Of a DNA stretch of 64,000 nucleotides, positions 58,073 to 64,000 are shown piece after piece. The translations under genes were made by a program, and so were the position numbers. The first letter of the stretch is position 1, and each line of letters opens with the position of its first letter. The stretch spans positions 2,744,982 through 2,808,981 of the forward strand of contig OZ251464.1 in NCBI GenBank assembly GCA_965242595.1, written 5' to 3'. The stretch comes from Alphaproteobacteria bacterium. Lineage in GTDB: Bacteria; Pseudomonadota; Alphaproteobacteria; SP197. Below the pieces are notes generated by a model. It made no database searches. It saw only the letters and a list, made by a program, of their open reading frames with translations, and was not told where the DNA came from.

Positions 58073-59312
58073 CGTCACTCTCGTCTTCCCCGCCTTGACC
58101 TTCCAGCGCCAGTTGACGGCTGCGACGTATGATCTCTATTAGCTTGTCTTGCGGCTTGAGAGTGAGCGATCTGAACTGGAAGCCCGCCGCTTCGGCCTGC
58201 GCGTAGGCTTCACGATAGAGTGTTCGCGCTGCAGCGCGATCAAGCTCAAGAGGCGTCGTTGAGCCGTCAGTGCGAACCAGCTCAAGCGGCGCGGTCCCGT
58301 CGCAAACCAGATCGCAACGCGAGCGCAGCGCATAACCGCGTGCATCCTGTTCGGTCAGCGCCAGGAGGCCGAGCGACGCGATTAGTGCGCGCCCAGCGGC
58401 GTTTCGCGCATTATCGCCGAAACGTAATCTCCTGATTCCCGCCAGCGTAATCGTCGCACGATGCTCCACATGGTCGCAGGTAACACCGAGAGGAGCGACG
58501 GTGGGAGCGATGTTGCTGTGATTTATTTCGGAAGGGCGGACCTTCTTCGCAGCTTTTCCGACCTCATTCTTGTCCATGCTCCAATCGGAAGCAGAAGCAC
58601 CTTTGAAAACTTCTACTTTTCGGAGAATGCCGAGCGGGTCGATTCTGCTTCCCGTGCGTCGGCCAGCAGTTCGGGCTTCCATTTCGCCGGTGCGTTGGTT
58701 GACAACGATTCCCTCGACTGGCGTGTCAATGCCCATGATTTCGGAAACAAGCGCACGCGGAAATTTCGCACCAAGACCGCCACCTTCACCCTGGCTGTGC
58801 CATGCGCCAAACAGCAGGGCCGCGGGCGACAACTCCAACAGTATGGTCGCATCAGCAGGCTTGGCCGCCGCAAGGCGACGGCCTTCCTCGCTTTGCATGA
58901 AGGAGTGATTGTTCAGAAGGCTATCACGCAGTATGGCGTCGTAGATGCGGTGAGGCGCCTCCAGCGACGTGATACGCTCCAACGGCTCCAATCCGGCGCC
59001 GCTGAAGTTCACCGTGACGTAGGGCAGCGGGGGCGGTCCAGCGCTGCCTTCTTCATCGGCAGCCATCAGCAACGCCTCCTCCAGGCGGTTGGCCTGACTC
59101 TGGACACTGTCAATCAGAACACACCAGATCTCCTTGCCTTCCACTCGGCGCTGCTCGAACACATGGCGCGGGTGACCGCCGCGGCGTTCAGAAGGATATG
59201 TCGGCGGAAAAATCTTGTCGCCCTGGCCGCCGACCGGCTGAAGCCGCTGAATACGACGGAATGCGGCGGCCTCATCGACGGCCCTGTTCAAGATTTGCAG
59301 ATCGATCATCAT
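58056..59312 (-). CDS. csb1: Type I-G Cas7 (Csb1)
   Basis: LQPVGG...IFPPTY, IDSVQSQANRLE, PHRIYDA, LLFGAWHS, LRSRCDL; GGAGGG RBS. Confidence 0.92.
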   Translation of the reverse strand: MMIDLQILNRAVDEAAAFRRIQRLQPVGGQGDKIFPPTYPSERRGGHPRHVFEQRRVEGKEIWCVLIDSVQSQANRLEEALLMAADEEGSAGPPPLPYVTVNFSGAGLEPLERITSLEAPHRIYDAILRDSLLNNHSFMQSEEGRRLAAAKPADATILLELSPAALLFGAWHSQGEGGGLGAKFPRALVSEIMGIDTPVEGIVVNQRTGEMEARTAGRRTGSRIDPLGILRKVEVFKGASASDWSMDKNEVGKAAKKVRPSEINHSNIAPTVAPLGVTCDHVEHRATITLAGIRRLRFGDNARNAAGRALIASLGLLALTEQDARGYALRSRCDLVCDGTAPLELVRTDGSTTPLELDRAAARTLYREAYAQAEAAGFQFRSLTLKPQDKLIEIIRRSRQLALEGQGGEDESDDGPRS

Positions 59313-59460
59313 GTCCGGTCCCTCCAGTCGGAACTCAATACCATGCCCTGTAAGGCGACGGCAAGCGGTGGCGCTATGGCGTGGCCCCAGGTAGTCCACA
59401 TCCATGTCGACCGTGAAGCTCCCCTGCGGCCGGCGATGTCGAGTGCCTTTTCATACCTCG

Positions 59461-59673
59461 TCAAGGGGTTGTGATCCGCCGGGGCAGCGACGCCCCTGAG
59501 GCGCGGGCCAGAAGCCACAGCGCCATGACGGCCGTTTTGTCGAGACCGGTTGAGGTATCCACGGCTGCGGGGGGCTTGCCTTGCGACAGATACTCGTCGA
59601 ACAGCCGGCGCTGCCACGGGAAGGGTGGATGCCCGGTGAGCGCCTGAAAGTCGGAGGCGAAGCTCGCCGTCAC
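59461..59673 (-). pseudogene. cas3: Truncated N-terminus of a second type I-G cas3
   Basis: FQALTGHPPFPWQRRLF...VDTSTGLDKTAVMALWLLA...LPRR then stop; decayed Walker A. Confidence 0.8.
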
Positions 59674-59719
59674 GGCTGACCGCCGGGGCCGGAGGCGGTT
59701 TGTAGAAAGGAGTTGCAAT

Positions 59720-60199
59720 TCATGCCGGTTCCAGTGTATCCTGCTTTCGGCGCCCGAGCCAAGACCTAGACCCGTGGCTGCGGCTGCGCGAGGAGACTTT
59801 GGGCACCTCCGGGCGCCGCTCACTGCTTTTCCCGGGGCGGATCAAGCGGCCGTGCCGACGGGCGGTGGCAGCTTGGTTCGGCTTGATGCGATGGAAGGTG
59901 ACGAGAAGGGTCTCGCGCCGGTCGGCCGTGCGTTTGACGACGGCGCGCCACCACTTGCCTCGGTCAAGTTCCATCACACATGTCAGGGTGCGGTCTTTCT
60001 CCAGAATCGCCGTCCCGCCATCCAGCACCTGCTGCAAGCGGGCATAGTCGGCGGGTGTGACATCCGGGTGGCGTGCTGCCTGCTTGGCAGCCGTTTGTCG
60101 GGACAGGCGCACGAATCGTGAGCGCCCACCCAGCTGGGTCAGGAGCAGGTCGTCGAGTTCGGCCACGATGTCATTCGGGGGCAAGGGTTGATCCGGCAT
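59720..60199 (-). CDS. Stand-alone BECR-fold (phage PBECR-like) putative RNase
   Basis: VRLSRQTAAKQAARHPDVTPADY...WWRAVVKRT...LLVTFHR pattern, resembling toxin tips of phage MuF proteins; family call by eye. Confidence 0.6.
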   Translation of the reverse strand: MPDQPLPPNDIVAELDDLLLTQLGGRSRFVRLSRQTAAKQAARHPDVTPADYARLQQVLDGGTAILEKDRTLTCVMELDRGKWWRAVVKRTADRRETLLVTFHRIKPNQAATARRHGRLIRPGKSSERRPEVPKVSSRSRSHGSRSWLGRRKQDTLEPA

Positions 60200-60248
60200 T
60201 GTCTGGCCTTGGACATGAGAGGCTCCAATGCCATACTCCAAGGTAGGC

Positions 60249-60254
60249 TGTCAA
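60249..60254 (-). promoter_or_regulatory. -35 box of the putative BECR/cas effector operon promoter
   Basis: Perfect TTGACA on the minus strand 50 bp upstream of ATG 60199, within the inverted repeat TAGGCT-N8-AGCCTA; -10 box unclear. Confidence 0.6.
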
Positions 60255-60258
60255 CCTA

Positions 60259-60277
60259 GCCTATGGCGGCACACAAA
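60259..60277 (-). promoter_or_regulatory. Partial protospacer plus TTT PAM for the mini-array spacer
   Basis: Minus strand TTT-GTGTGCCGCCATAGGC vs spacer GTGTGGCGCCACAGGC: 14/16, mismatches at 6 and 12. Confidence 0.85.
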
Positions 60278-60339
60278 AAATTTGTGGACATACTGCTCAT
60301 ATGGTCGAATATAGCGCAGGATTGCCGAAGGGGCAGCCT

Positions 60340-60448
60340 CTCCCTCATGCCATCTGCGTGGGGCTTCATTGAAGGGTGTGGCGCCACAGGCACCGAACGG
60401 CACAATGCCGGAATTTCCGGGGCATAACCGCCCCGGCCTCTTTGGGTT
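60340..60448 (+). ncRNA. crRNA-like regulatory RNA: degenerate repeat (60340-60375), 37-nt spacer (60376-60412), degenerate repeat (60413-60448)
   Basis: Repeat 2 ATTTCCGGGGCATAACCGCCCCGGCCTCTTTGGGTT is 27/36 identical to the array repeat; repeat 1 ends GGCTTCATTGAAGG and keeps a hairpin. Confidence 0.85.
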
Positions 60449-61078
60449 TCTGTGGCAGGCGCCTGTGGTGTCGGTGCGGATGGGTGGACTCGCGCCCCCT
60501 TCACGCCCCGCCCCGCGGCCGGCGATGTCGGAGGCGTCTTCCCGGCCAAGGCGGCCATGGTTCGCCGGGCGCTGCGGGCAGTGAGCGGGCGAGCGCCAAG
60601 CCGATGCGCCAATTCGAGGCGCCGCCCCACCTTCCGCCGCGAGCGGAACGCCGGACAGGCGCCGCCGCCCGCCCGTTCGAGCGCGAAGCAGGGGCCATCC
60701 CAGCCCTGGCAGGCTCGTGACGGCGCAGCGCCTGTGGTTCCCATCGCCGCCGCGGTCGCGCATGGGGAAGATCGACAGGCCGTCCAGTTTCCCCCGGCGT
60801 TGGGCAACCTGCGCGGCCTCATGGCCCAGGCTTCGGCCTCTCCTCGTCGCGGCGCCCCGGCCTTGTCTCGTGGCAACGCCATGTTGTCCAGGGCGCGGCC
60901 GCGCAAGGCGGTGTCCTGGTTCAGGGCATGGGAGGCGGCGGGTTTCGGGTCTTCGGCCCGACGCCGGCAGGACGCTAACGCATCCAGGGGGCGATTGCGA
61001 ATCCCATGACGCTCCGCTGGGCGTTGCGCTTTACGTCTCGCCAAACCGGGCCGTGCACTGGGGCGTTGCCGCAGCGTT

Positions 61079-61107
61079 TGGACATTGTGCCGGACATTCA
61101 AGATACT
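61079..61107 (+). promoter_or_regulatory. Putative promoter of cas4/cas1-cas2
   Basis: TGGACA-17 bp-GATACT upstream of ATG 61145. Confidence 0.45.
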
Positions 61108-61144
61108 CTGCCCGTTGGGTTTCGGTAGCAGCAGGGACCGTTCC

Positions 61145-62872
61145 ATGACCCAGCTTGAGCTTCATCTTCCCGCGCCGCCGGCCACCGGCGAGTCGCCGCT
61201 GGTGCCGGCGCGCATGGTGAACGAATTCGTCTATTGCCCGCGGCTGGCCTATCTGATGTGGGGGCAGGCCGAATGGGCGGAGACCGCCGACACCGTGGAC
61301 GGCCGGCGCATCCACGGCCGGGTCGATCGTCCGGGAAAGCCGCTGCCCGGGCCGCAGGCACTGGAGGGCGGCGACGAAGACGAGAAGACCGTCAGCCGTT
61401 CGCTTACGCTTTCTTCCGAGCGGCTGGGCGTGATCGCGAAGATCGACATCGCCGAGGCCAAAGACGGGCTGGTGACGCCCATCGATTACAAACGGGGCAA
61501 GCGCCCCCATGTGGCGCGCGGCGCCTATGAGCCGGAGCGCGTTCAGGTCTGCCTTCAGGCACTGCTGCTGGAGGAACACGGATATCGGGTGGAGGAGGGC
61601 GCGATCTGGTATGCGGAGAGCCGCGAGCGCGTGCGCATAGACCTGGACGACGAACTGCGTCTGGCGGCCCGGGAAGCGGTGAGCCGCCTGCGTATGACCG
61701 TGGCCCACGGCCGGATTCCGCCGCCGCTGAAGGACAGCCCCAAATGCCCCCGCTGCGCCCTGGTTTCCATCTGCCTGCCCGACGAGATGGGCGCGCTGGG
61801 CGGTTCCGGCCTGGCGCCACGCCCTATCGCTGTAAGCCGCGACGAGGCGCTGCCGCTGGTGGTGCAGTCGCAGCGGGCGCGCCTGGCCAAGGAGGGGGAG
61901 ACGCTGAAGATTATCGACGAAGAGCAGGGCGATACCAGGGTGCGCCTGATCGATGTTTCCGATGTTGCGATCTTCGGCAATGTCTCGCTGACCGCGCCGG
62001 CGCTGGCCACCCTTATGGAACGCGAGATACCGGTTGCCTTTCACAGCCATGGCGGCTGGTTTCGCGGCATGACCCATGGCACAGGCCATCGCAATGTCGA
62101 GATTCGCACGGCGCAATACCGGGCGAGCTTCGACGACGGATTCTGCCTGCGCTTTGCCCGCGACCTGGTGGCTGCCAAGATCGTCAACCAGCGAACCATC
62201 CTGCGGCGCAATTGGCGAGGCGAGGAGGATGAGCGCAAGGCGGTGCTGGCGCGGCTGAGTGCGGCGCGCAAATCGGCGCCTGGGGCCGCGGGCATGAGCG
62301 AGCTTATGGGCCTGGAGGGCGATGCGGCGGCGAGCTATTTTCGCGCCTTTTCCGGGCTGCTGGCACCGCCCGGCGGTGGCGGGGAGGGGGACGGAATCGC
62401 GCCCTTTCGCTTCGACGTCCGCAACCGCCGACCGCCGACCGACCCGGTGAACGCCATGCTGTCGCTGGCCTACGCCATGCTGACGCGCCATCTGACGGTG
62501 GCGCTGGCCACCGTCGGCCTCGACCCCTATCGCGGCTTCTTTCACGCTCCGCGCTATGGCCGCCCGGCGCTGGCCCTCGACATCATGGAGCCGTTTCGCC
62601 CGCTGATCGCCGATTCCGTGGTGCTTTCGGCGGTGAACACCGGCGAGGTGGCGGCGGGCGATTTCATCGTCGCCCCCACAGGCACGGCGCTGACCGCCCC
62701 CGGGCGCCGCCGCTTCGTTGCCGCCTTCGAGCGCCGGCTGTCGCAGGAGACCACCCATCCCCTGTTCGGTTACCGGCTCAGCATGCGCCGCCTGCTGATC
62801 ATGCAGGCCAGACTGCTGGGCCGCCACCTTCTGGGAGAGCTTGCGAGCTACCCCCATTACCTGCCGCGGTGA
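61145..62872 (+). CDS. cas1: Cas4-Cas1 fusion
   Basis: Cas4: YCPRL, IDYKRG, CPRCALVSIC. Cas1: GLEGDAA, NRRPPTDPVNAMLS, GLDPYRGFFH, LALDIMEPFR. Confidence 0.96.
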   Translation: MTQLELHLPAPPATGESPLVPARMVNEFVYCPRLAYLMWGQAEWAETADTVDGRRIHGRVDRPGKPLPGPQALEGGDEDEKTVSRSLTLSSERLGVIAKIDIAEAKDGLVTPIDYKRGKRPHVARGAYEPERVQVCLQALLLEEHGYRVEEGAIWYAESRERVRIDLDDELRLAAREAVSRLRMTVAHGRIPPPLKDSPKCPRCALVSICLPDEMGALGGSGLAPRPIAVSRDEALPLVVQSQRARLAKEGETLKIIDEEQGDTRVRLIDVSDVAIFGNVSLTAPALATLMEREIPVAFHSHGGWFRGMTHGTGHRNVEIRTAQYRASFDDGFCLRFARDLVAAKIVNQRTILRRNWRGEEDERKAVLARLSAARKSAPGAAGMSELMGLEGDAAASYFRAFSGLLAPPGGGGEGDGIAPFRFDVRNRRPPTDPVNAMLSLAYAMLTRHLTVALATVGLDPYRGFFHAPRYGRPALALDIMEPFRPLIADSVVLSAVNTGEVAAGDFIVAPTGTALTAPGRRRFVAAFERRLSQETTHPLFGYRLSMRRLLIMQARLLGRHLLGELASYPHYLPR

Positions 62873-62885
62873 GGCCCACAGCGCC

Positions 62886-63179
62886 ATGAGCGACGAACGC
62901 ACCTATATCGTGACCTACGACATCGCCGACAGCCGGCGCTGGCGGCGCGTCTTCAAGATCATGAACGGATTCGGCGAGTGGCTACAGCTTTCGGTGTTCC
63001 AGTGCCGCCTGTCGCGGCGGCGGCGCGCCGAGCTGGAAAGCCGGCTGCGAGAGATCGTCAAGGCAGGCGAGGATCACGTCCTGCTGATCGACATCGGGCC
63101 GGCGGAGCGGACGAAGCTGGCGGTCGAGAGCATCGGCAAGACTTTTGCAGGTATCGAAAGGCAGGCGGTTGTGGTATAA
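62886..63179 (+). CDS. cas2: CRISPR-associated Cas2
   Basis: YIVTYDIAD...GFGEWLQLSVFQC. Confidence 0.96.
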   Translation: MSDERTYIVTYDIADSRRWRRVFKIMNGFGEWLQLSVFQCRLSRRRRAELESRLREIVKAGEDHVLLIDIGPAERTKLAVESIGKTFAGIERQAVVV

Positions 63180-63398
63180 TGACCCAAGCTGCCCGATTCC
63201 GCCGGACGACCGCGAGCGCCCCCGTGGCGCACGAGGACCGAAGGGCGCTCGAATCCGGGCAAGGCATTGATATTGTTGGGTTTTTGACATGGTAAGGAAG
63301 ATGACAGCAGCATTCTCGCCCGGATATGCGGATGAAGGGCGAGGGTGCTCGAAAGCCGATGGAATTCACCTTGGCGCATGGCAGGTTACGCGATAGGG
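63180..63398 (+). promoter_or_regulatory. CRISPR leader with an IHF-consensus site
   Basis: Non-coding stretch between cas2 and repeat 1; minus strand TATCAATGCCTTG (63260-63272) fits WATCAANNNNTTR; CGAGCGC/GCGCTCG inverted motifs. Confidence 0.75.
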
Positions 63399-64000
63399 CC
63401 TTCCGGGGCATAAAAGCCCCGGCCTCATTGAAGCGCTTCTCGACCAGCTCGGCTCCTGGCTGTCGCAGGCCTTCCGGGGCATAAAAGCGGCCTCATTGAA
63501 GCCGCCCCTTCGGGATCTTCCGTCAGCTTTGTGAACAGCCTTCCGGGGCATAAAAGCCCCGGCCTCATTGAAGCACGCCGTCGCCTCCACCAACCACGTC
63601 GGCAGGGGCTCCTTCCGGGGCATAAAAGCCCCGGCCTCATTGAAGCCACACCGATTGCCGCCAAGCCATTATGATTGCTAGCAACCTTCCGGGGCATAAA
63701 AGCCCCGGCCTCATTGAAGCTATCGGAAAGACCTAATCGTTTCTGCATTTCAGCGTCCCTTCCGGGGCATAAAAGCCCCGGCCTCATTGAAGCCGCCCCT
63801 TCGGGATCTTCCGTCAGCTTTGTGAACAGCCTTCCGGGGCATAAAAGCCCCGGCCTCATTGAAGCACGCCGTCGCCTCCACCAACCACGTCGGCAGGGGC
63901 TCCTTCCGGGGCATAAAAGCCCCGGCCTCATTGAAGCCACACCGATTGCCGCCAAGCCATTATGATTGCTAGCAACCTTCCGGGGCATAAAAGCCCCGGC
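63399..64000 (+). CRISPR. Type I-G CRISPR array, repeat CCTTCCGGGGCATAAAAGCCCCGGCCTCATTGAAGC, 9 repeats (last cut by the window end), 8 spacers of 35-38 bp
   Basis: Repeats start at 63399, 63470 (33-bp variant), 63539, 63611, 63685, 63758, 63830, 63902, 63976. Confidence 0.99.

Noticed and set aside
59309-59617. 102-aa ORF bridging the cas3 stump and csb1
   Set aside because: No recognisable motif; overlaps the cas3 remnant in another frame and probably spans a recombination junction
61083-61092. CATTGTGCCG in the putative cas1 promoter is complementary to mini-array spacer nt 23-32
   Set aside because: PAM-distal match only, with no seed match and no TTN PAM (CAA); a 10-nt match can arise by chance
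63435-63757. Possible self-targeting by main-array spacers within this window
   Set aside because: No match noticed by eye; this is not exhaustive and needs a computational search
63425-63988. ORFs with repeated peptides across the array
   Set aside because: Translations of CRISPR repeats and duplicated spacers

Overview
GC-rich chromosomal window, most likely from an alphaproteobacterium (ccmABC near acnA; rimP-nusA-ylxR-infB-rbfA-truB-rpsO-pnp; murJ; large NAD-glutamate dehydrogenase). It carries scattered amine/osmolyte catabolic genes and several lower-GC accessory inserts. The right end holds a type I-G CRISPR-Cas locus: csb1-csb2-cas3-cas8g on the minus strand, and cas4/cas1-cas2, leader and array on the plus strand. 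The main finding lies between the two cas operons: a hidden one-spacer mini-array of two degenerate repeats (60340-60448). Its spacer matches a site about 100 bp away (60259-60274, minus strand) beside a TTT PAM, mismatching only at positions 6 and 12, the flipped-out positions of type I Cascade. That site abuts a perfect TTGACA box that probably drives a stand-alone BECR-like nuclease gene heading the effector operon. This suggests a type I-G RNA-guided autorepression or toxin-antitoxin circuit (inference, untested). Other notable items are an inverse-autotransporter gene put out of frame by a C19 tract, a C14 tract in a putative promoter spacer, duplicated DUF1640-like genes with different repeat counts, a cas3 remnant suggesting effector-module replacement, and a duplicated spacer block. 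All family calls come from motif recognition by eye; no searches were run.
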